A stretch of DNA of 34,048 nt, from contig NC_068987.1 of assembly GCF_001194135.2 (NCBI RefSeq), positions 71,461,882-71,495,929 of the forward strand, in the 5' to 3' direction. This DNA comes from Octopus bimaculoides (lineage: Eukaryota). The first letter of the stretch is position 1. Each line of letters opens with the position of its first letter. Under the pieces are notes generated by a model that had not been told where the DNA came from, searched no databases, and saw only the letters and a program-made list of their open reading frames with translations. This document shows, piece by piece, positions 23,151 to 34,048 of the stretch. A program made the position numbers and the translations under genes.

Positions 23151-24149
23151 AGTGAGAGCTAGGTTCGCAGGAATGTATTCCTACAGTAGATCTAACATTA
23201 CAAGATCCATATGGGTGGTCATCAACGATGGAGAGACAAAAATATTTGAGATATTACTTTAGTTGCACTTTATCAAAGCAGGTCAAGTTTTAGATTTGTA
23301 TTACAATTTATTTTTGGTTATGTCTTTTCTTCATTGCAGTTGTGCATTTTGTAGTAAGCTTTCATTTCATTTTCTACGAAGAAACTGAAGAATAGGTGAA
23401 GTACCCTTCTGAAACCTTTCCGTTTTCAACGTCAAGCCATGCTTTGTCCTTGCTTTTATTAGATTTTATACACGCATACAAATACATACACACAAACATA
23501 AATATGTATATATATATATATATATATATNNNNNNNNNNNNNNNNNNNNNNNNNNNNNNNNNNNNNNNNNNNNNNNNNNNNNNNNNNNNNNNNNNNNNNN
23601 NNNNNNNNNNNNNNNNNNNNNNNNNNNNNNNNNNNNNNNNNNNNNNNNNNNNNNNNNNNNNNNNNNNNNNNNNNNNNNNNNNNNNNNNNNNNNNNNNNNN
23701 NNNNNNNNNNNNNNNNNNNNNNNNNNNNNNNNNNNNNNNNNNNNNNNNNNNNNNNNNNNNNNNNNNNNNNNNNNNNNNNNNNNNNNNNNNNNNNNNNNNN
23801 NNNNNNNNNATATATATATATATATATATAGAGGAATAATTTCTTTATTCTTTTGAGATCAAAGAGATAAGAATAAAATGTAAGACAGCCTAAAACCCGA
23901 AAAAACTACGATCTGTCAAAACTAAAAACCGATGTCAAAAATAAAAAGAAAAAACGCTCTTGTGCGTGCGCACACTCGCTCACGCACACACGTATACACA
24001 GTGTTCCAACAAAGACACTAGCTATAAAAAATACCAACGAACTACACATGCCCTCCATAAATATATTTGCCCACACATGTATAAATGTTCACACACTCAG
24101 ACGTTCAGATACACATATACACATGCATCACAAAAACCAAGTAGTTTCT

Positions 24150-24700
24150 ATCTCGAGGTAGACAGTATATTCTGTATTACCTCTGTAGAACTACAATCGA
24201 ACAGACGAACGCATGATCAAAAACCTCATAAAACGAAATACGAAATGCAACACATAAAACAATAAGTTAAAACTGATTATCTATACCAAAAACACTGAAA
24301 TCTTAAACATCCTTAGCCATAAGACACCACAAGCCTGTAAACCTGAGAGCAAGTTGCAGTGTAGTCTACAAGTTTAATCATAAAAGTGAACGTTGCAAAC
24401 TTCATGACCCATTTGTTATATTGGCCTTACTAGTACAAAACGCTCTCAACGGCTCACCATGCATTTACAACAAGAATCGCTTGCAGAACATTATGCCACA
24501 CACCACAAAGCAACTTAAGATAGAAAATATGAATAGGCAATACATCCATACAATAGAAAGCTCCTCACAAAAATAGACGATTAATCGTGGAGGCAATACA
24601 CATACAACATTATGCTAAGTAGCTAACACACATAAAAAATTAACGCGTGAACTCTGACGTGAAAGAGTCAATGAATATAAAAATTTGGCCGGAAAAGCCT
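24150..24700 (+). pseudogene. Penelope-like element remnant: RT-EN linker plus GIY-YIG endonuclease
   Basis: DERMIKNLIKRN (24204) and in-frame KLKLIIY (24264), then VVYKFN..ERC (24361), CYIGLTSTKRSQRLTMHLQQESLAEHYATHH (24414, frameshifted) and RRLIVEAIHI (24575). Confidence 0.8.
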
Positions 24701-24729
24701 ACGTAAATTTTACAACAATAATTCCTCCC

Positions 24730-24930
24730 ACGACAGGCACAAGGCCAGCAATTTTCGGTATTGGAAAGACGACAACATCGACTGCATCATTTTTCTGGTA
24801 CTTATTTTATCGACCCTCAAGGATAAAATGTAACGTAGAACTCGATGAAATTTGACTCGTAATGAGTCAGAGAAAATTTCACTATGCACTTGTTTTCCAA
24901 CACTGTAACGATTCTACCTGTTCACTACCT
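24730..24930 (-). mobile_element. Degraded SINE family A copy
   Basis: ggcacaaggccagcaatttt tail, ctggtacttattttatcgaccc core, gtaacgattctacc head on reverse complement. Confidence 0.75.
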
Positions 24931-25872
24931 TAAGTTTGACTATTATAATACAAAATTAATGAGTGACCGCTGACAAGGAAAGTGAAAAGCCAAAATTCTT
25001 CGAAGTAAGTTCTGCATAAATTCGATTACAATAGAAGATGTCATACAGAAACCAAATATATTTCATAATCTGATGATGAGACTGTAAAAGTCTCAAAACG
25101 TTGATTGTGGATCTAGGAAATTTATTGTTCCAAACAGCCAAAAATATATATAGAGAAATACGAAAAATCTTCAATAAAAAGGAAACTAGAATATACCCCG
25201 ATTTTAAATAAAACAAAAAAATCTGTTTTCCATATATGTGAGTATGTGTGCATACATAAACGTGTGTTCGTGTGAGTGCATGTGTATGTATGACTATATG
25301 CAACGACTGTCAGTGCATGTGTATGTATGACTATATATGATGACTGTTTGCTTGGATATGTGTAGTGTGGGTGTCGCAAACGCTGTACTGTAAGAGAATG
25401 ATTTCTATGTGGCTTGTCAGTAGGCAGCAATACTGACCACTTCTCCTAGTCATTTTGTGTATGTTTCTACGTATGTATAAACCAACAACAGGGGGTTCCA
25501 TGTGACATTTAAATGTGAGAGATATAACCGCGAAATGATCCTAAAATCACACCCTACATATGAAACAAAGAGAGTAAAGCACCAAATATACTTTCATACG
25601 AAAGCTATTTTTTTCCAAACGAGGGTACATTGAATTACGGTTATTTAGTTTCCTATGTATTAGAAGATGAGTCGGTCGTAAAAGTAATATCGCTATTCAT
25701 TGATCAATCTATTCTATTATGCTTGACATGTAATAACAGATCATCAAATTCACGCACAATCAACAAACATACGCATAAACATAGGAGACACACCACACAC
25801 ACTCACACATATACTCACACGCATACGTTTATATGTGCGCATATATGTATATATATGCATATGAGTATATTT

Positions 25873-26024
25873 AGACGTGGTTTTGTGGTAAGTTTGCTTT
25901 CTAACTACAAAGTTGTGGGTTCAGTCCCGTTGCATGGTACCTTGGGACGAGCGTCTTCGACTATAACTTCACACCGACCAAAGCTTCTGAATTGATTTGG
26001 CAGAGTGAAAGTGAAAGCAGCCCG

Positions 26025-26082
<58 letters not shown>

Positions 26083-26270
26083 GCGCATGTTTGTCTTTAT
26101 GCATGTGCTTGTCCTTCACCATCGATTGACAGCCAGTTTTGGTTTGCTTACGTCCCCGTAACTCAGAGAATCGGCAGAGGCACCGATATAATAAATCCCA
26201 AATAAGACGAAGCCCTTCAAGGCAGTGCCACAGCTTTGCTGCAATCAAGAGATTGAAGCAATAGAAATAC
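25873..26270 (+). mobile_element. SINE family C with internal (GT)n
   Basis: tRNA-like head (gacgtggttttgtggtaag...gggttcagtccc), body, internal (GT)n ~26026-26080 and 3' module. Colinear with the reverse complement of 30222-30660. Confidence 0.8.
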
Positions 26271-26663
26271 AAAAAGTAGGAACACATACTAAACTCAAAG
26301 ACATGGAACACACTGATATTATACTACAATAATATAGATGTAACCAGATACAATAATTCAGAATCTCAGCTGGTAGTCTACTCGTCTATCCACATCCTTT
26401 AAATGTTCTCTCTTCCACTCTATCTAGGACTCAGATAGATTTATCATGTAGTTATAGGTGCAATGGCTGAAAGTTTAAGACGGTTAAAGATAAACTAATG
26501 TATATAAGGATATAGTTTATAAAAATATACTGTATAAAAATAACAAAGAAAATAAATAAATAAATAAATAAACAACGGTAAATAAGGAGAGGGGGAGGAG
26601 ATTACAGCACCTACCTAGCGTACCTAGTCATTTAGATCACCTGTGAACTAAACCCCCATACTT

Positions 26664-26728
<65 letters not shown>

Positions 26729-26730
<2 letters not shown>

Positions 26731-26797
26731 TAATATATACTTTTGTTATTTACACCACCTGTCCTCGTCTGTTGTTATTATTTGTATATTCTCCCAT
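26729..26797 (+). mobile_element. Truncated second copy of the putative PLE terminus, embedded in (TA)n
   Basis: 28-bp identity tttacaccacctgtcctcgtctgttgtt (26749-26776 vs 13953-13980) and the same ttctccc-(AT)n end. Confidence 0.75.
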
Positions 26798-26840
26798 ATA
26801 TATATATATATATTTATATATATGTGTGTGTGGGTGTGTG

Positions 26841-26882
<42 letters not shown>

Positions 26883-27637
26883 TATACATATATATGTATG
26901 TATATACATATGTGTATATACATGTGTATATATGTGTGTGTGAGTGTGTGTATATATATATAAACACACATTTATGTGTGTGCATGTTTTTGTATGCGTG
27001 CGTGTGTATATATGTTTACAATTGTTTGACTTGCATGAATCACAATAAAAACAGATATACTAACATACACATACCTATTCATACAAAAGTGTGATATACA
27101 CACATAGGCATCGGATTTGTGAATTGCATGAATGTATATGTTTATAGATAAATGTATGTCTGTGTACTGTGCAGTAAGTCTGTACAATGATATCTTAAGC
27201 AGATATTTATGGACCTAGTTTCTTCCATTTGTACTTTTAATATATTTCTTTCTGCCACCAGATACGTCTTTACAAATTTATTGCCTAATTTCCTGTATAA
27301 TTTTCCTCTGTTACACTTTTGTTTTACTATGTTGCTATTGTGATTACTTTTATAATAGCTATTGACAATTATTGTTTTCTCTCTGTGAACAATGGATAAT
27401 ACCGAGAAGGTGAAATTCATGATGTCTAGAAAGACTCCAACAAAAATGTTTTGCTTTAATAGTAAATCAACAGTTACGTCATCATTTACATTCTATGCGT
27501 GCAGGTGTACACGTATGCATATGTACATGTGTGCGTTAGTGTGTATACTAATGCATACGTGCCTGGTTATGTGCTTATCTGCGTGTGTATATCTATCTAT
27601 ATATATGTGTGTATATATCTATCTATATATATGTGTG

Positions 27638-27683
<46 letters not shown>

Positions 27684-28075
27684 CATATATACATGGGTGG
27701 TGCAGCTGTATGTCTGTGTGTATAATTGTGTGTGTTTGTATGTATATTTTCTCGGTCACTAAGTTTAATATTACGATTGTATTGTTTCGAATATATTTCT
27801 TAAAAAATGTTTGTAATATTTTTACGCAATTGATGTTAAATCCGCTCTTCCTTCGTTTCCTGTCTGCTTCTTTAGCAAGAAAAAATTACGGAACGAAGAC
27901 ATGGTTCCGCGGTTTAGAAGTTCGCTTCAGAACAACGACGTTGCGGGCTCGATTTCACAACGCAACACATTTTGCCAACAGTCCACTTCTACAGCCTTCG
28001 ATTTTCCATTCTTTATGCATGGAATTTGGAAGAGAGAAATTGTGCAAAAGCCGCTCGGGCATACATGTATATATT

Positions 28076-28385
28076 TAGATCTAAATTACTTTTTTTTTTA
28101 TTTTAAAAGCAAAATATATTTATCTTAGCTTCAATGATAGAAGAAAGCATGAAGAATTTTATAGTTTTGATTTCATGCAACAAAAAATTGTATCAAAAAA
28201 GTTGTGAGGTAAAATATCATGGAAAAAAATTATAAAGCAAAAAATTAGATTTAAGTATAATTAACTTTTTTATTTTAAAAACAAACTATATTTTAATTAA
28301 GCCTAAATGATAGAACTCTATTCGAGGAATTTCATGGTATCAATTTCATGCAATGAAGTTTTAAAAGAAAAAAGTTATGAGTGTT
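28076..28385. repeat. Diverged tandem dimer, ~173-bp period
   Basis: Anchors atgatagaa (28134/28307), atttcatgcaa (28170/28343) and aaaaaagtt.tgag recur at ~173 bp. Confidence 0.7.
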
Positions 28386-28569
28386 TGTTTCTCAAATTTG
28401 AGGGTGATAATATAGTTCTATACTTTTTTATGAATATAGTTCTATAAGGGGACTTTTAATATATGTTACCGGCTTCATTGATGTAAAGAAAAAATTATCA
28501 GCGACACCGCTGATTGATACATTTGACACATTATTAATTAGCATAATAGCCTGGAAAAAACATGGATTA

Positions 28570-29347
28570 CATGGAAAAATGCGAGCAAGAGAAATAATAT
28601 TCTTAAGATTATAAACCTGGAAAATTACAGGACAAGCTATTACACTTGGTAAAGTTCAGACAACTTATTACATCTTTAATTTATAAAGTAACATTATAAT
28701 TTAAAAAGACACCATCATTTTGTTAAAATATTAACACATTAGAATACTTTAAAAAATGAGAGCCAGAAGTACCAATATAGCTAAAGTTATATGGAAAGTA
28801 GAATAGTATATATGGTAGGCAAATTGATTATGCAAAAGATAGGCCTTGGGTTTAAGAATAAAAATGTGAAGACTTGGCAATAACTCAAGCAAATGTTACT
28901 GTGAATTTGTTGTTATAGATAGATTTTACTGTAATATATAACTAAATTTTGTATTATTCTATTTATTGAACTAACTTATGTACTTATATTATTTTTCTAT
29001 AACCTATTTTCAAATTTCTAATCATTAATTGATGATTTGAAAAATAAATTTTTTGAAGTGCGCAAAATATTGTGAGCTATTTTTTTTTATTATTTTTAAT
29101 AGATGTAAGAACTAAATAACAAATAAAAATAATAACATGATAAAATTTTTAGTTTTAATAATAGCTAATATTTTGTAAATCTAAATATTTTATTTGATAT
29201 TTTATCCTTAAGTAAAAATTTTCTTGTTCTGTACTTTACCAGATGTAATACGCTGTACTGAACTTCTCCAAGCGTAATAACATGTCATGTAATTTTCCAG
29301 GTTTATGATCTTAAGAATATTATTTCTCTTGCTCGCATTTTTCCATG
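28570..29347. mobile_element. Non-autonomous TIR element (778 bp) with ~106-bp TIRs and TA TSD
   Basis: 28570-28675 vs reverse complement of 29241-29347: first 40 bp identical, ~10 differences overall. TA at 28568-28569 and 29348-29349. AT-rich non-coding interior. Confidence 0.85.
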
Positions 29348-29353
29348 TAATAT

Positions 29354-29398
<45 letters not shown>

Positions 29399-29604
29399 NN
29401 NNNNNNNNNNNNNNNNNNNNNNNNNNNNNNNNNNNNNNNNNNNNNNNNNNNNNNNNNNNNNNNNNNNNNNNNNNNNNNNNNNNNNNNNNNNNNNNNNNNN
29501 NNNNNNNNNNNNNNNNNNNNNNNNNNNNNNNNNNNNNNNNNNNNNNNNNNNNNNNNNNNNNNNNNNNNNNNNNNNNNNTATATGATATGTATATGTATGT
29601 ATAT

Positions 29605-29614
29605 ACAGATAGAC

Positions 29615-29676
<62 letters not shown>

Positions 29677-29679
29677 GTG

Positions 29680-29721
<42 letters not shown>

Positions 29722-29745
29722 AAGATAGATAGATAGATAGATAGA
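29605..29745. repeat. (TAGA)n microsatellite
   Basis: Directly visible. Confidence 0.98.
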
Positions 29746-29959
29746 TTTGTTAATAATAAACAATTATTAACTTCCCAATCTCCAAATTCTTTTCTTCTTT
29801 TATGTGAATATAACTATATGGTTTTAAACATATACCTATTATTATAAGGTAATCAATTTCCAAAAAATATTGGGTATTGAACCAGTATTTTTGTCGATGA
29901 CACTATCGCTTCATGAGGCTAACAAAACCTCTAATTGAATTTATATATATATACATATA

Positions 29960-30111
29960 CGGCGAGCTTCTTTCAGTTTCCATCTACCAAATACGCTCAC
30001 AAGGTTTTGGTTGGCCAGAGGCTTTAGTAGGAGATATTTGCCCAAGCAGTGGTACTGAACCCTGAACAATGTGCTTGGGAACCAAGCTTCTTACAACACA
30101 GCCACGCCTGC
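29960..30111 (-). mobile_element. SINE family C 5' half, ending at its TA-rich internal tract
   Basis: Highly similar to 30506-30660 (cgagcttc...cagtttcc.tctaccaaat...gggaa.caa.cttctta). Confidence 0.85.
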
Positions 30112-30221
30112 ACTTATGTTGATAATATTTTATATAGTCTTATTCGTCTCTGTCGTTGAAACACACGACACTGGTCTCTCTGGATTGTATACTCTGTGTT
30201 CATTTTCTGATCATTCATATC

Positions 30222-30396
30222 ATTCTTTTCCTTGTTTCGGTCATTAGACTGTGGACTTATGTTTTGTTAAGACTGGTACTTATTCTATCGGTCTCTTTTA
30301 CCGAGCCAGTACATTACGGGGTCATAAATACACCAACACCGGTTGTCAAGCGGTAGTGGGGGACCAACACAAACACACGCTCACACACACATACAT

Positions 30397-30446
<50 letters not shown>

Positions 30447-30447
30447 G

Positions 30448-30491
<44 letters not shown>

Positions 30492-30660
30492 CATATATAT
30501 ATATACGAGCTTCTTCAGTTTCCGTCTACCAAATCCAATCATAAGGCTTTGGTTATCCCGAGGCTATAGTAGAAGACACTTGACTAAGGTGCTGCGCAGT
30601 CGGACTGAACCAGGAATCATGTGATTGGGAAGCAAACTTCTTACTACAAACCCAGTGCCT
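30222..30660 (-). mobile_element. SINE family C, near full length, internal compound microsatellite
   Basis: Head 30506-30660, internal (CA)/(CACG)/(TA) ~30367-30504, 3' module 30222-30365. Confidence 0.85.
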
Positions 30661-30704
30661 ATGTGGAGATAAGGTAGAATTACTATTATGAGGAACCCCT
30701 ACTC

Positions 30705-30845
30705 AATTGGTCCTTAATACATCAACCCCGAATTGCCGAAAAGCAAAATCAACATCCGCTGTATTTGAACTCAGAACGTAAAGATTGACAAAATATCGCT
30801 AAGTTTTTTATCCGGCGTGTTAACAATTCTGCCACATCGCTGCTT
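30705..30845 (-). mobile_element. SINE family A partial copy
   Basis: atttgaactcagaacgtaa...gctaag...gttaacaattctgcca is the reverse complement of the family A head. Confidence 0.75.
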
Positions 30846-30866
30846 GAAACAATTCCTAAATATTGA

Positions 30867-31040
30867 TTTCAAATTTTGACACAAGGCCAACAATTTTAAG
30901 GTGGGGGATTAGTCGATTATCTTGAGCATAGTGTTCAGTTGGTATTTCTTTTATCAACCCCGAGAAGACGAAAGGCAAAGTCGATCTCCATGGAATTTGA
31001 ACTCAGAACGTAATAACGGACGAAATGCTGCTAAGCATTA
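30867..31040 (-). mobile_element. SINE family A copy (5'-truncated)
   Basis: gacacaaggcc tail, gaaaggcaaagtcga core, ggaatttgaactcagaacgtaa. Confidence 0.8.
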
Positions 31041-31142
31041 CTAAATATTAATAACTGGCAACCATAACAGCGATAACACGATCACAACCATAACAACAAC
31101 AATAAAAACAAGAGCTGCAGCACGCCCAACCAATAACTGCAG

Positions 31143-31392
31143 GGAGCTTCTACACATCGCTAGATCAACCAAAATCAGCCGCCAGTGTGTCCTTCCTTTT
31201 AAAGACTAATATGTGATTTCCCTCAAATTGCATCTTACAATCGTACGGATAGTAGGAACAACACAGTGGTTAATGTACTTCGCAGTATTCTATACCTAGA
31301 AAACATCTTTCTATCGGTACGGTTGTATGTAGAGTTGCTTCGTTCGGTCCACTCGAGGGCTAAACAACATTAACCGAGCAACAACAACAACG
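31143..31392 (+). mobile_element. Possible degraded SINE-like repeat with (CAA)n tail
   Basis: Ends gggctaaacaac...(caa)n. Single copy in the window, so weakly supported. Confidence 0.3.
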
Positions 31393-31667
31393 AGAGCATA
31401 CAACTTCCATAATAACAATAGCAAAAATAGTACAACTAAACAGCAATATCCATAGCTACAACAACAGCAACAACAGTAGCGGCAGCAATGACAAATTTAT
31501 CTTGCTTCAGTTGTGAATATATTCAAATATTGTCGGTTAATTTGTGGTTTCACGCATTGCCTACATATTTCATTGTTTTACTTCGTTTTATCAATTTTTG
31601 TCATTTTATTTTCATTTTCATTTTCTCATTTTATCCTTTATCATTTATATAATTATAATTATCGTTA

Positions 31668-31671
<4 letters not shown>

Positions 31672-31729
<58 letters not shown>
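31672..31729. repeat. (ATT)n microsatellite
   Basis: Directly visible. Confidence 0.97.
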
Positions 31730-32394
31730 GTTATCATTATTTTCTTCTTTCTCCCTATATTTTAATTTTATCTATTGTTATATAAATTCTGTTTATTATA
31801 CTTTATATTTTATATATTTATTATGATTCAATATATATTTTTATTTATGTGTCTCTGGGCATTTCTTTCTCAGTTTTGACTAATTCATTATATTCTTCCT
31901 TTTTTTTTTTTGTTCTGTTGAGGGACAATTTCTCTGCCTATTCTTATTTTATTTTTCATATATTTTTCTACATTTTGAGTATTTTTTAAATGCTACACAC
32001 TTATACGCACACACACATATACATATACATGTATATGTATGCATGTATTTATGTATGTATGTGTGCTTGTATGTATTGTTTTAGTTGGGTGTTTTTTTGT
32101 TTTTTCTTCTTTTTTTTTTCATTTCTGTGGTTTGAATTGGCAGTATGTAATAATCTCAATAATTATTGTTATTTATTTCGCTGCATAATTATATATTATC
32201 ATTCTTCCTACTAGCACGTCGCCATTATCGTAACTGGTTATATACATTTTTTTCATTCTCTAAACTATTGTTGTGGTATTTGGAAGCATATTATCATTTT
32301 TTTCATTAAGGACTATGATTGGCACAATAGCTAGAGCAAGGACAAAATTCCTTGGCGTTTTTTTTCTTTTAGTTGCGCCCCTTTAAGTTGTCTG

Positions 32395-32465
32395 TTGAAG
32401 TGCCTCCGACTCACTTTTTCCTTTCATAGTTTCGGAGGTCGATAAAATAAAGTCTAGTCGCATTG
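32395..32465 (+). mobile_element. SINE family A core fragment
   Basis: cctttcatagtttcggaggtcgataaaataaagt matches the family A core. Confidence 0.6.
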
Positions 32466-32831
32466 TATTACTGTATTGACAATAACCAGTTAAACATCTT
32501 TGAACAATAGAAACAAAACAATTTTCACTTAAGTGGCGACTCTCACCTATTGATGATTAGGGCGACAGAGGACACCAAAAATCTTGCGCTTCGAGCTGGT
32601 TCCCATCACCCGATTGCAATTCAAAGACTGATCCTTTTGTGTGTGTCACCACTAGTACTCTCTTATCATAACCACACACACACACATCACATATCTATGT
32701 TAGTTTATTCCAATGTTAGGAATCACCCTCGTAATTATTGCCGTCACGTATTTTTGGAGCTCCAAATGTTTGAAAACAATGCTTTGTTATTTTCCTTTTT
32801 AGTAATTTTCAGTATTGAAGGCGCATAATTT

Positions 32832-33118
32832 AGTGATTTGGCTATTCAGCTGAGGTCCTAATGTCGTGAGTTCAATTCTTGGTGATGTGTTGTGTCCTTG
32901 AACAAGACAATTTATTTCACGTTGCTCCAGACCAGTTAGCTTGCAAAAATGAGTAGTACCTATATTTCAAAGGGCCAGCCTTGTCACACTCTGTGTCACG
33001 CTGAATCTCCCTGAGAACTGCATGGAGTGCTCAGCTACTTGCACGTTAATTTCACGAGCAGGCTGTTCCGTTGATCGGATCAACTGGAACCCTAGTCGTC
33101 ATAACCGACGGAGTGCCA
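32832..33118 (+). mobile_element. SINE family B2: tRNA head, gtgtccttgaacaagac central module, tail shared with B1
   Basis: gtgagttcaattc B-box-like motif; 32956-33118 homologous to the reverse complement of 6783-6966. Possible 7-bp TSD ataattt (32825, 33119). Confidence 0.85.
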
Positions 33119-33241
33119 ATAATTTGCAGTATTATATTTTCGTTGCGTATCTTGTTTGGAAGTGATAGTGAGTAGAAATATGTAGTTATTTGTAGTTATT
33201 TTACGGTCCCACACTGAAACTGATCGTAGTTTAAAATAAAC

Positions 33242-33423
33242 TGCTTGATGGCTTTTCGTCCGCTTTACGTTCATGTTCGAATTCCGCCATGATCAGCTTT
33301 ACCTTTCATTCTTTTGGGATCGATGAAATAATACCAGTTGAGCACTGGGATCGATGTAATCGACAAGCGCCCCCACCCCTAAAAATTTCAGGCTTTGTGC
33401 CTATAGCAGAAAGGATTATTATC
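33242..33423 (+). mobile_element. SINE family A copy
   Basis: gttcgaattccgcc, cctttcattcttttgggatcgatgaaata, accagttgagcactggg, tgtgcctatagcagaaagg. Confidence 0.85.
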
Positions 33424-33799
33424 ATCAAATTTCGACATGGCTTCGTGAGACATAGAAGAGAGTATGTGGAGAACAAATATATTGAAAAGACGTGGAGGAA
33501 ACCCGTCTATAATCAGTTTCAAACAGTCACGACTTAAATAATAGGAACACAAGCACTAACTACTAATATCTAATAATAGCAGCAAAAATAACAACGAATA
33601 TAATAATAAAACTAACAATATGGTACATCGGGCCTGTTTGAAATGCAGAAAGCAACGGAAACGTTATTATATGTAGTTGTTCGGTTCTAACATGTCTGAA
33701 GAGGAGGCGGAATTTATGATGGATTACAGAGTCTCCGAAACTTGTGGAAGGTAGGAAGATATCCTCAAACTGAAAACCTGGCGATAGGTTAAGTCTAGC

Positions 33800-33990
33800 A
33801 ACCAAGTAGGACATGGTGGGATCTGAACTCGGAATGCAAAGAGCCAAAGGAATGACTGCAAAGCCTCTGGTCGGAGGTTCTCACAGTTTCTCCAATCCAC
33901 CACTTTCAGTTGGTACTCTCTTATAGAACCGAATACCAAAGCTGATCTCGATGGTATTTCAACTCAGGCTGCAGAGTCGAAACAAACCGC
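33800..33990 (-). mobile_element. Highly degraded SINE family A fragment(s)
   Basis: tctgaactcggaatg and ttggtactc...atttcaactcag resemble the reverse-complement head and core. Confidence 0.4.
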
Positions 33991-34048
33991 GAAGGAGGGG
34001 GAGGGGACGTGAGGGGGAGAAGGAGGGGATGGGATGAGGAGAAGGAGG

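Noticed and set aside
24645-24680. SECIS-like hairpin after the PLE endonuclease (gtga...actct/agagt...tga)
   Set aside because: Only ~21 nt between the GA motifs, too short for SECIS helix II plus loop.
25275-25350. 37-bp tandem duplication
   Set aside because: Simple local duplication in low-complexity TG/TA sequence.
29221-29280. Strong acceptor-like site followed by VIRCTELLQA*
   Set aside because: Coincides with the right TIR of the 28570-29347 element; no other exon support.
2514-29763. Long ORF-track entries (200-317 aa) spanning N-runs, and HTHT/CVCV/YLSI/RERE ORFs
   Set aside because: Artefacts of assembly gaps and stop-free microsatellite frames.
1736-33423. tRNA-like A/B-box motifs as tRNA genes
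   Set aside because: No cloverleaf; each continues into SINE core and tail sequence.

Overview
This is AT-rich eukaryotic non-genic or intronic DNA, about 10% assembly gaps (10 N-runs), with very dense microsatellites. The repeat landscape (tRNA-derived SINEs, abundant CA/TA/TAGA tracts) suggests an invertebrate, most likely an octopod cephalopod; this is an inference. I found no supportable intact protein-coding gene, tRNA/rRNA gene or CRISPR array, and nearly all ORF-track entries are microsatellite or N artefacts. The window is a transposon graveyard. It holds decayed Tc1/mariner-superfamily elements of three catalytic classes (DD34D mariner, DDxE Tc1, DD37D maT), three MITEs, a non-LTR retrotransposon RT remnant, a Penelope-like GIY-YIG remnant, two copies of a Penelope-like terminus and about 17 SINE copies or fragments from at least three families. 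The most interesting signals are: a minimal hammerhead-ribozyme-like fold in a Penelope-like terminus (13873-13909), a Naiad-like PLE endonuclease remnant (~24150-24700), three tandem SINEs separated by four copies of a 15-bp motif (10167-10828), a 778-bp element with ~106-bp TIRs (28570-29347) and a long near-perfect hairpin at 9-139. I see no evidence of a novel multi-gene system.
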